Source: a virus (Duplodnaviria > Caudoviricetes). From it: DNA of 50,785 nt. The notes below the pieces were generated by a model that was not told the DNA's origin, searched no databases, and saw nothing but the letters and a program-made list of their open reading frames with translations. Shown piece after piece: positions 36,826-43,824 of this stretch (within the stretch, counting starts at the first letter, position 1; each line of letters begins with the position of its first letter). Made by a program: the position numbers and the translations under genes. The DNA is taken from positions 1-50,785 of the IMG/VR virus record IMGVR_UViG_3300008005_000900. One strand, written 5' to 3'.

Positions 36826-37277
36826 AACCTTATTACTTGTTCAACGATATGGTCCAAATCAGCCTTGGTGTATGTCGTTAAGACTTTTTGAAGAATTACG
36901 TTTACCGATTTGTTGTATAAATCATTAAATTCTTCTTCTGACATTTTGCTGAATCTGATTGATTTTGCTTCTAATCTAAGCTCACCATTGATATTGACTA
37001 CAACGTCATAATGTCCGGCCTGAACAATTACGTCTTTGCGAAAACGCTCAAAGTTTTTATCTACCAATACGCCCTTGTGCATCGTGTTAGGCTCAAAGGC
37101 ATCAAAAGCTATGTTCAGCAAAGCAAAGTATTTTTTGTGGCGCTCGTAGTTCCTGGGGCGCACAAATTTAATTTTGATTACCTCGTTGTTTTTGATTGAG
37201 TCAAATACACCTGGCTCATTGGATGCGTCTTCGGGTATGTAACCACCGGGTAACTTTCTGAGATAGGCCAGGGTCAC
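36822..37277 (-). CDS. DUF1367 / NinB-like protein
   Basis: PRNYERHKKYFALLNIAFD...FERFRKDV..QAGHY...AKSI.F.KM.EEEF..LY. Confidence 0.8.
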   Translation of the reverse strand: MTLAYLRKLPGGYIPEDASNEPGVFDSIKNNEVIKIKFVRPRNYERHKKYFALLNIAFDAFEPNTMHKGVLVDKNFERFRKDVIVQAGHYDVVVNINGELRLEAKSIRFSKMSEEEFNDLYNKSVNVILQKVLTTYTKADLDHIVEQVIRF

Positions 37278-37450
37278 AATACCCCCTCAATATCAGCCAG
37301 TTCCCACAATCCCATAGCTTGTAAATCTGCTTTATACTTTGCGCGTTCTTCAGCATCTAATCTGCGTTTTTTTAAAACCTCGGTTCTATCAAGCTTTATT
37401 TTTTTCTGAGTGTCAGTGAAAAGCTTGGCTTGTTCAGGTGTGTAGATCAT
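37274..37450 (-). CDS. small hypothetical protein (58 aa)
   Basis: read by hand; ATGA overlap with dnaB stop and GTGA overlap with next gene. Confidence 0.55.
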   Translation of the reverse strand: MIYTPEQAKLFTDTQKKIKLDRTEVLKKRRLDAEERAKYKADLQAMGLWELADIEGVL

Positions 37451-38886
37451 GTGGATTTCCTCCCGTACCTTTCCGCCATTGTCGCTCCTCTCCTTGGTTT
37501 TTCCTTGTCAGACTGTTTTTTCCTGTCCTCCTCCTGGTGATCGATTAACCCGATTTCATGAGCATCTAAGCAGTAGTAATAACCTCCATCTTCATCGCAT
37601 TTTCTGCCAATGTATGTAGTGTTATGGCAACTGCCATGCCTGAATTTGGCTGGAATTAATTCAAGTACCCCTTTGTAGTTTGTTTCAGGGTTATTAACTT
37701 CTTCTCGGTGAGCAAATAACACTAAATCAGCATCGGCTTCGATTGCGCTTGATCCGTACAGGTTTGACATTGTTGGCCGCGCAACTTGATCTGTTCCTCG
37801 ATTAGCTTGGACGAGTAATAAAATAGGAGTGCCAGTTTCTTTGGCTAGTTGCTTAAGTCCTTTGGTAATGATGCCAATCGCTAAATCATCGCGATCAGCT
37901 TTGTCTTTTTGCATTAATCCCAAATAGTCAATGGTGACTAATCCAATCTGCCCTAACTTTTTGATGGTTGATTTAACCCGGTATCGAATTTGATTAAGCG
38001 ATAAAGCAGGAGTTTCATCATAGTAAATTTTACTATGGTCGTTGGATAAATCTTGTAAAACAGTGCTTGCGCGTGACAATTCATATTTGCTCATTAAGCC
38101 GCTTGTAAGGCTTTTAACACTGATACCAGCCATAATGCCCATGTAACGGTCGGTAACCTCGTCACTGCTCATTTCCATAGTAAAAAACAGGCTTGGTAGC
38201 GTTCTGGACACGTTAGAATTAATTATCTGAGCCGCTAGCGTTTTCCCGTTAGATGGGCGTCCAGCTAATATGACAAGCCAATTATTTTTTATGCCACCTA
38301 TCTGATCATCAAGCGTCTTGAGTCCTGTTTTTAACCCAACTGCAGATCGGTCATTATTGCAACGGCTTTGCATGACGTTAAGCCAGCCATCAAGTTTTAT
38401 TTTGATATGATTAGGCTCGTACTTTCCACTAAGATCGACAGTCGATATATTGTGCTCAACCATGCTAATAATCTCACTGGCTGATTCCCCGTTATATAGC
38501 GCATCTATTGCAATGCTCATATCACCAATCAGTCGGCGCTTCAAATAACGCTCTTGGATAATTTCACAATAAGCCAGCGCATTTTTTGAGCTTGGCGTAT
38601 TGCGAGCCAGTTCGCCCAGGTAAGCAATGCCGCCAACTTGATCGTCTTTGCCACTTCTTTCGAGCAATTCATTTACTGTGATTAGGTCAATTTCGTTTTT
38701 CGCGCCAATTTTCAGCATTGCCGCAAAAATTATTTTATTCGAAATGCTGTAAAACATTTCCGGTCTTAGCATGTCCATGATTTCACCGATTAGACAATCG
38801 GCTTTTTGCAGGATTAAGATTGCGCCTAAAACACTTTGTTCTGCCTCGATTGAGTGTGGTGGTGTTTTCAGCTTTTCAATATTCAT
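37447..38886 (-). CDS. dnaB: replicative DNA helicase
   Basis: PPHSIEAEQSVLGA, GRPSNGKT, IDYLGLM, LKQLAKE, AIEADAD. Confidence 0.92.
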   Translation of the reverse strand: MNIEKLKTPPHSIEAEQSVLGAILILQKADCLIGEIMDMLRPEMFYSISNKIIFAAMLKIGAKNEIDLITVNELLERSGKDDQVGGIAYLGELARNTPSSKNALAYCEIIQERYLKRRLIGDMSIAIDALYNGESASEIISMVEHNISTVDLSGKYEPNHIKIKLDGWLNVMQSRCNNDRSAVGLKTGLKTLDDQIGGIKNNWLVILAGRPSNGKTLAAQIINSNVSRTLPSLFFTMEMSSDEVTDRYMGIMAGISVKSLTSGLMSKYELSRASTVLQDLSNDHSKIYYDETPALSLNQIRYRVKSTIKKLGQIGLVTIDYLGLMQKDKADRDDLAIGIITKGLKQLAKETGTPILLLVQANRGTDQVARPTMSNLYGSSAIEADADLVLFAHREEVNNPETNYKGVLELIPAKFRHGSCHNTTYIGRKCDEDGGYYYCLDAHEIGLIDHQEEDRKKQSDKEKPRRGATMAERYGRKST

Positions 38887-39749
38887 GATTGATCCTCCCA
38901 GCCCTTTTGATCCAAAAATCTTGGTGGGTGAGTTCTTTCGATGGGATGAAAACCTTTGATGCCTAGATCTAAATCCGCTTTAAGCGCTTCATGTTCAGAC
39001 CAAGCCAGATCGATTATTTTATCAACTTCAATAGCTGCAGCTTCAAGCCCTATTCGCCTAACTTTTGACGCTGGCAGTGTATGGTTTAAAAATTTCTTTT
39101 TAGCCTCATGCTTTTTCGCAGTGTTTTTAACACCAATCAATTTTTTGCACTTTACCCACTCTGACCAAAACGCTTGGAATAGCTCTTGTCGCTCCTCAGA
39201 AAAATCTTTTAAAACTCGAGAGTCCGTTTCGCCAAAAACGGATATATTCTTTTCTTTTTCTTCTAAAGGCTTATTGTTCTGTGTATTAACAGCCGTATTG
39301 CTAACCGTATTAACTATAGGCTCTACACCTTGATTTATGTGGGGCTTGGCCGTATTGCTAACCGTATTGCTAACCGTATTAAATTTTAGGTAGTTATTCA
39401 GGCAAATTATGGTAAATTTTCCATCCGTCTTAGTCGTGATTTGACCATGCTTAACGAATGTTTTTATGGCGTTTTGTATGTCTGATTTAGTCTGATTTAA
39501 CTCCCTTGCTAATTGCTCATACGTCTTGGCAATTTGACCAGGCATTAGTGTTAGTTTATGCCCTCTAAATTCAATTTCAGTAGGCTTGTGCGAAGCTTTC
39601 AGAAGCAGGTGAACAAATACCGCTGTATAGCGGCCTTTATGAAGCTTGTACCAAGGCTGTTGATCAATATCACGCCAAAGATTTACAAAGCCTCTATCAC
39701 TTGGCATAACGTTTTTGCCTCGGTTTATACTGGTTACTGTGGCTAGCAT
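38883..39749 (-). CDS. replication initiator (wHTH, O-like) containing the origin
   Basis: GFVNLWRDI...FVHLLLKASH...LMPGQ...LARELN...TIICLNNY; directly upstream of dnaB; internal repeats. Confidence 0.75.
   Translation of the reverse strand: MLATVTSINRGKNVMPSDRGFVNLWRDIDQQPWYKLHKGRYTAVFVHLLLKASHKPTEIEFRGHKLTLMPGQIAKTYEQLARELNQTKSDIQNAIKTFVKHGQITTKTDGKFTIICLNNYLKFNTVSNTVSNTAKPHINQGVEPIVNTVSNTAVNTQNNKPLEEKEKNISVFGETDSRVLKDFSEERQELFQAFWSEWVKCKKLIGVKNTAKKHEAKKKFLNHTLPASKVRRIGLEAAAIEVDKIIDLAWSEHEALKADLDLGIKGFHPIERTHPPRFLDQKGWEDQS
39293..39382. repeat. putative origin iterons
   Basis: CCGTATTGCTAA at 39293, 39350, 39362 and CCGTATTAA at 39305, 39374. Confidence 0.7.
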
Positions 39750-39940
39750 GAGCTGACCAGTCTTAAAGGACGTTTGGCATCCTCTGCTTGCTTCATTTGG
39801 TATTCAGCTTTGATAGCATGGTCTATTAGTTGCTTAAGCTCTCTACGGCTCATAGGTGAGGTAATAGAATTATTAGTCATAGTTACCTGTGCCTTATCCC
39901 CGTAAACTTGAATGTTGATTATTTGTTTTACTTGTTCCAT
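39743..39940 (-). CDS. hypothetical protein (65 aa)
   Basis: GAGGT RBS; overlaps initiator start. Confidence 0.65.
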   Translation of the reverse strand: MEQVKQIINIQVYGDKAQVTMTNNSITSPMSRRELKQLIDHAIKAEYQMKQAEDAKRPLRLVSSC

Positions 39941-40088
39941 ACTTACCTCGTGTTAGTAATTAAGCCGGTAGCGTTAGCGCGCAGTGACCCGGCTTTTTTA
40001 TTGCCTGTTAAAACTCCCTCAAACTGCGAGGGCTTGAATGATAAATTTCGGATTGCAGTCCTAGCCTTTCGGCACCCAAAAACCCCAA

Positions 40089-40205
40089 TTAAGGGGCCAT
40101 CAAAATAACTACAGCAACCGCCAGCAAGAATGCCGCTACAACGTGCCACTCCTTTGCGTATTTGCCTGCGTAGTAAGCTCTGCGTCTGTTTCTGAGTTGC
40201 TCCAT
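40089..40205 (-). CDS. small single-TM protein (38 aa, MEQLRNRRRAYY...)
   Basis: read by hand; AGGGG RBS, basic N-terminus and hydrophobic C-terminus. Confidence 0.4.
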   Translation of the reverse strand: MEQLRNRRRAYYAGKYAKEWHVVAAFLLAVAVVILMAP

Positions 40206-40303
40206 GTGTCTATCCCCTGCTCAATTGTTAAAATTGCGCTAAATAGCCAGATGATGGCCAACGTCATAGCAGTGCGTTTGATGTGTGTGACGGTGTTATT
40301 CAC
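40136..40303 (-). CDS. small single-TM protein (55 aa, MNNTVTHIKR...)
   Basis: read by hand; GTGA overlap with upstream ORF. Confidence 0.4.
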   Translation of the reverse strand: MNNTVTHIKRTAMTLAIIWLFSAILTIEQGIDTWSNSETDAELTTQANTQRSGTL

Positions 40304-40422
40304 GCTGCATCCAATGGTGTAAATTCATCATTGGCCGCATAAACGTAAGCCAGATTGGTGAATTTCTGAGTTTGAAGAACGTTAGTTGTTGAAAAGTTTA
40401 CTTGAATGGGTAATGTGATCAT
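40300..40422 (-). CDS. 40-aa peptide ending in an ssrA-tag-like sequence
   Basis: ATGA overlap with cro stop, GGAGG RBS; ends YAANDEFTPLDAA. Confidence 0.6.
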   Translation of the reverse strand: MITLPIQVNFSTTNVLQTQKFTNLAYVYAANDEFTPLDAA

Positions 40423-40664
40423 GCGGCCTCCTTCTCTATTTCCATGAATATGTCAGGGCGGAGCATTTCTTTTGTCACCTTTCCATCGGTTAGTGCTGCG
40501 ATGTACGGGACAAAAACGGGCGAACACTTGCAACCACGCTTGTTTATCCATCGACTAACAAGCTGTTGGCTCAGTGTCCTGCCAGCTTTCTCAGAAATAA
40601 TTTTTGCAAATTTAGATTGATTGCCGTCTGCAATTATCTTCACTGCTTTTTTTATGGGCTTCAA
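40419..40664 (-). CDS. cro: Cro-like HTH repressor (TTG start)
   Basis: GNQSKFA...SQQLVSRW...T.GKVTKEMLRPDIF (YdaS/Cro pattern); GAGGTG RBS; divergent from repressor. Confidence 0.85.
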   Translation of the reverse strand: MKPIKKAVKIIADGNQSKFAKIISEKAGRTLSQQLVSRWINKRGCKCSPVFVPYIAALTDGKVTKEMLRPDIFMEIEKEAA

Positions 40665-40698
40665 TTTACACCTCAAGTGGTATTTAAGTTACTTTGAT

Positions 40699-40760
40699 AC
40701 TACTTTAGTTGTATATTTGCACAAATGCAAGCTTGTTTGCTATGCTACAAACTAATTTGT
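40699..40760. promoter_or_regulatory. OR: three 14-bp 434-like operators
   Basis: ACTACTTTAGTTGT (40699), GCAAGCTTGTTTGC (40727), ACAAACTAATTTGT (40747). Confidence 0.65.
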
Positions 40761-40796
40761 AATATTTATAAGGATTGTTTAATGAGGTTGTTTATT

Positions 40797-41234
40797 GTGC
40801 CGACACTTGGAACACGAGTAAGGGAAGCGAGGGAGGCTTTAGGGTGGAAGCAAGACGAACTTGCCAATGCATCCGGGGTATCTCAGCAAGCTATTACCAA
40901 GATTGAGTCAGGAACGACGAAAAGACCTACCTGCATAAATGCTTTGGCTAAGGCCCTTGGCGTTTCTGTAGATTATCTTGAAACTGGATCAGCGAATGCG
41001 TCAAGAGACGATCCAACTATTGAAGCCGAGTCTTACATGCTAACCGCTAAGTCAGCGCTTGGCGAGTCAATATCAAGCATGAGGGCAATCAATAAAAGCA
41101 GGGGCAAGCCTGATAACGAGATAGATCAGCCTCTTTTGGTTAGAGCATTTGAAATATCGCTACGCGCCAAGCTAACAGGTGATTATTTAACGGCAGCTTT
41201 AGAACTTCAGGATATTAAAAAGACACAAAAATAA
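40797..41234 (+). CDS. CI-like XRE-HTH immunity repressor lacking an S24 peptidase domain (GTG start; ATG at 40782 possible)
   Basis: TLGTRVREARE.LGWKQDELA..SGVSQQAITKIESG.TKRP...LAKALGVSVDYL; short helical C-terminal domain. Confidence 0.85.
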   Translation: MPTLGTRVREAREALGWKQDELANASGVSQQAITKIESGTTKRPTCINALAKALGVSVDYLETGSANASRDDPTIEAESYMLTAKSALGESISSMRAINKSRGKPDNEIDQPLLVRAFEISLRAKLTGDYLTAALELQDIKKTQK

Positions 41235-41243
41235 AAGCGCGGG

Positions 41244-41564
41244 TTATCTAGCCGCGCCGTTGTTTATCGCACCCTTCAAATCTTTACCAAGCAATTTATT
41301 TGCGTGGTTAATGGCCTTGCTTTTAAGTGTTATGTACTCAATTGAATCGTCTCTCACAAGAGCATCTTCAGCCTGCAAGAACAATTCCAAATTCGATTTA
41401 AGGCGTTCATTAAGTGGGTCACCAATAGAAATGACATTTTTGGATTTGGTGATTTCAACTAGCCACTGACCTCTATCATTGATATGAGTTTTTTCTAATT
41501 TGTATATTGTGTAGCAAAACAAAATAATAACTATCACCAATAATAACACGATCAAAACATTCAT
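41244..41564 (-). CDS. N-terminally membrane-anchored protein (cassette gene 3)
   Basis: TM at residues ~3-21, then soluble helical domain; ATGA-type coupling to gene 2. Confidence 0.75.
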   Translation of the reverse strand: MNVLIVLLLVIVIILFCYTIYKLEKTHINDRGQWLVEITKSKNVISIGDPLNERLKSNLELFLQAEDALVRDDSIEYITLKSKAINHANKLLGKDLKGAINNGAAR

Positions 41565-42112
41565 TTATTTCCACCAATAGACATATAAAAAAACAAAAAC
41601 CCTTTGCCCAGTTTTAGCAGCACCAATTTCAAAACAAAACCACATAAAACAAATGTAACGCCAAGGTTTATGATTGGAATGATTACCTGGTATAGGTATG
41701 TAAAAGCTTCAGCATTCGTGTAAACCCTTTCTACATAAGTTGCTATTTGAATAAATGACATAGCCAGATAGCAATAAATAATTATTTGCGATGCCTTGTC
41801 TTTTAGCATTCTGTTTTTGCTGAATATAAAATTCAAGACGAGGATCAGTATCAAATCAGTGAGCGCATAGCCCATAAACCACAAAGCATTCACAACCTCT
41901 AAGCACTCCTGGCACCCAAAATACTTTTTAAGCTCATACCTCATTAACTGGTGTATCACGTCGAGCAAAACGACACCAAAGGCCACAAAAACAAATTCTG
42001 TGGCCTTTCTAGTTAGCGCCAAATAACAGCATGCAGCACTCAGACAAATGATAAAGTTTGCCGCTGCAATAAAGTTAATAATTAGCGTCACGTTTGACGT
42101 TACATAATCCAT
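41561..42112 (-). CDS. ~5-TM inner-membrane protein (cassette gene 2, candidate peptide receptor)
   Basis: five hydrophobic stretches, basic inside loops, CQEC in a predicted outside loop. Confidence 0.8.
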   Translation of the reverse strand: MDYVTSNVTLIINFIAAANFIICLSAACCYLALTRKATEFVFVAFGVVLLDVIHQLMRYELKKYFGCQECLEVVNALWFMGYALTDLILILVLNFIFSKNRMLKDKASQIIIYCYLAMSFIQIATYVERVYTNAEAFTYLYQVIIPIINLGVTFVLCGFVLKLVLLKLGKGFLFFYMSIGGNK

Positions 42113-42128
42113 TATCTACCACTGTAAT

Positions 42129-42323
42129 TTACCCCTTTGTAGGCTTTGGTGGGAGTTCCCCGTCACCATTACCAAGCGTGCTAACTGAGCACATAAAAGG
42201 GGCTAGTTTGCAATACCAAGCCAATGGAACCGGTTCAGTCGTTTCCTCAGAGTTTGCCGCTACTGATGCAATAGCTAATAAACTCGTGGCCGCCACTAAA
42301 AACACTTTCTTAATTTTTTTCAT
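42129..42323 (-). CDS. small secreted peptide precursor (cassette gene 1)
   Basis: GGAG RBS; Sec signal MKKIKK-hydrophobic-SVAA; mature part ~41 aa with Cx6C and GNGDGELPPKP. Confidence 0.8.
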   Translation of the reverse strand: MKKIKKVFLVAATSLLAIASVAANSEETTEPVPLAWYCKLAPFMCSVSTLGNGDGELPPKPTKG

Positions 42324-42344
42324 AATCACTCTCCAATAAGTTAA

Positions 42345-42360
42345 CTGTAAAAATATACAG
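42345..42360. promoter_or_regulatory. LexA (SOS) box
   Basis: CTGTAAAAATATACAG vs consensus CTGTATATATATACAG, 21 nt upstream of the peptide ATG. Confidence 0.8.
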
Positions 42361-42439
42361 CATTACAACTTTATCAGATAAACCGAGTAATCAAAAAACA
42401 TTGAATATGTTTTATATGATTAGTATAACAAAAAAACCT

Positions 42440-42482
42440 TTGACAACAACTTTTATTGTACTACTATTACTACTTTAGTTGT
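42440..42482 (+). promoter_or_regulatory. pL-like promoter with OL operators
   Basis: TTGACA-16-TACTAT; ACAACTTTTATTGT (42446) in the spacer and ACTACTTTAGTTGT (42469), the latter identical to the OR site at 40699. Confidence 0.75.
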
Positions 42483-42618
42483 GTTCTTAAGTGCTTTATG
42501 TGTCACAACTTTAAGGTCAGATATTTGCACATGCTTACCACGCTGGCAAATAATTTTCTTACCGGATTGTAACAAATGATAAGGCTTAGTCTCGCTTATG
42601 GAAATTAGAGGTTCACAC

Positions 42619-42939
42619 ATGAATAACTTCAATTACGCAATTCAGTTAGCAGACAGACTAATGAGTCCGCCAGTTAACCATCGCGAAGAACTCGATGAAC
42701 TTATCCAAGCTTATGCCGACGAATGCCTAAGAAATGGCTCCGTGTACGCATTTGGCGACGAGATAACAATTGTTCACGCCTACAGAGAGCTTGATGGAGA
42801 TGAAGAATCAGCGGTGATTAAAATGCGTAATCCCGCCACATATCAACATGGGCTTGATGAGCTTAACCAAATGTTATTTGAAAAACTGTGCTGGCTGATT
42901 GAGTTAGCGCGAAATGAACAACAAGATTTAGCAGATTAA
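42619..42939 (+). CDS. hypothetical early protein
   Basis: AGAGGT RBS before ATG at 42619; first ORF after pL. Confidence 0.65.
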   Translation: MNNFNYAIQLADRLMSPPVNHREELDELIQAYADECLRNGSVYAFGDEITIVHAYRELDGDEESAVIKMRNPATYQHGLDELNQMLFEKLCWLIELARNEQQDLAD

Positions 42940-42957
42940 CAACAGTAAGGGGAGATT

Positions 42958-43449
42958 ATGAAAATAATTACTACAGGTAGTGAACTAAGGGCGTTAATAG
43001 GTGCAGATGGGAAAGTTTCTGAGCCGATCACAATGGCTGAAGGCTGTGAGTTCTTTGGCTTAGAAAGCTTGACATCATTTGAAGGTATCACGATGGCTAA
43101 AGGTTGTAAGTTCTTTGGCTTAACCAGCTTGACATCATTTGACGGTATAACGATGGCTAAAGGTTGTAAGTTCTTGGGGTTAAACAGCAGTATAAAGTTA
43201 TCAGCAACCCCCTCAGAAGAAGAAATGAAAATAATTAAACAAATACCCATCGAAAAAATAAACATGTCATCTTGGCACTGTGGCACAGCTCACTGTCTAG
43301 CTGGGTGGGCACAGGTTATTTCAGGACGTCCCATGAGAGATAGCACAGCGATTAGCGATGGGCGCGAATTACTGCCATCGTTGTCTCACCTGTTTTTTGC
43401 GCCAGACGAACCAGTTAAAAAGCTATTAATGAAGCTGCAAGCAATTTAA
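42958..43449 (+). CDS. early protein with 20-aa LRR-like repeats and a C-terminal WHCGTAHCLAGW domain
   Basis: GGGGAG RBS; ITMAKGCKFFGLTSLTSFDG x~2.7. Confidence 0.75.
   Translation: MKIITTGSELRALIGADGKVSEPITMAEGCEFFGLESLTSFEGITMAKGCKFFGLTSLTSFDGITMAKGCKFLGLNSSIKLSATPSEEEMKIIKQIPIEKINMSSWHCGTAHCLAGWAQVISGRPMRDSTAISDGRELLPSLSHLFFAPDEPVKKLLMKLQAI
43027..43188 (+). repeat. 60-bp coding tandem repeat (~2.7 copies)
   Basis: units start at 43027, 43087, 43147 and share ATGGCT(G/A)AAGG(C/T)TGT(G/A)AGTTCTT. Confidence 0.9.
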
Positions 43450-43533
43450 GCCGACCTCTTTCGAGGGCACACAAACCGACTGGCTAAGTTCACAAGGCCG
43501 CGCCAGTCAAAGTAAGCAAATGGAGTGTAACCG

Positions 43534-43824
43534 ATGACAGACTTAATTTACAAATACAACGTTGTTCAAGTGATTGATGATATTAAACACCACGTCGATC
43601 AAATCAAAGCCGAAGATAACGGTATTGAGGCAGATTGCCAACAATACGAAACCTCTTTAGTGGTTAGCATTAAGCTGCCAAATGGAGAAGAAAGAAACCG
43701 AGTTTTTATCATGCGCAATCAACTTAACGAAATGCGCAATTACCTTGATTCAGTTTTAAAGCCACTCACAACCGTGTCACCGGAAGCACAAGTAACGAGC
43801 GACTTTAAAGGAGTTGCAGCATGA
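43534..43824 (+). CDS. hypothetical protein
   Basis: GGAG RBS; ATGA coupling to next ORF. Confidence 0.65.
   Translation: MTDLIYKYNVVQVIDDIKHHVDQIKAEDNGIEADCQQYETSLVVSIKLPNGEERNRVFIMRNQLNEMRNYLDSVLKPLTTVSPEAQVTSDFKGVAA

Noticed and set aside
40035-40090. tRNA-like fragment (GGACTGCAATCC)
   Set aside because: No T-loop GTTCRA, acceptor stem or cloverleaf could be built.
39943-40149. 68-aa minus-strand ORF from the ORF track
   Set aside because: The composition is not protein-like and it spans hairpin-rich DNA. It has a GGAG directly before the GTG but with poor spacing, so it was not called.
41100-41420. Possible paralogy between the repressor CTD and the gene-3 soluble domain
   Set aside because: Only a vague helical pattern by eye, too weak to claim without profile or structure comparison.
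43027-43188. Regularly spaced repeats resembling a CRISPR array or a DGR template/variable pair
   Set aside because: They are contiguous in-frame 60-bp coding repeats with no unique spacers, and there is no cas or reverse transcriptase gene in the window.
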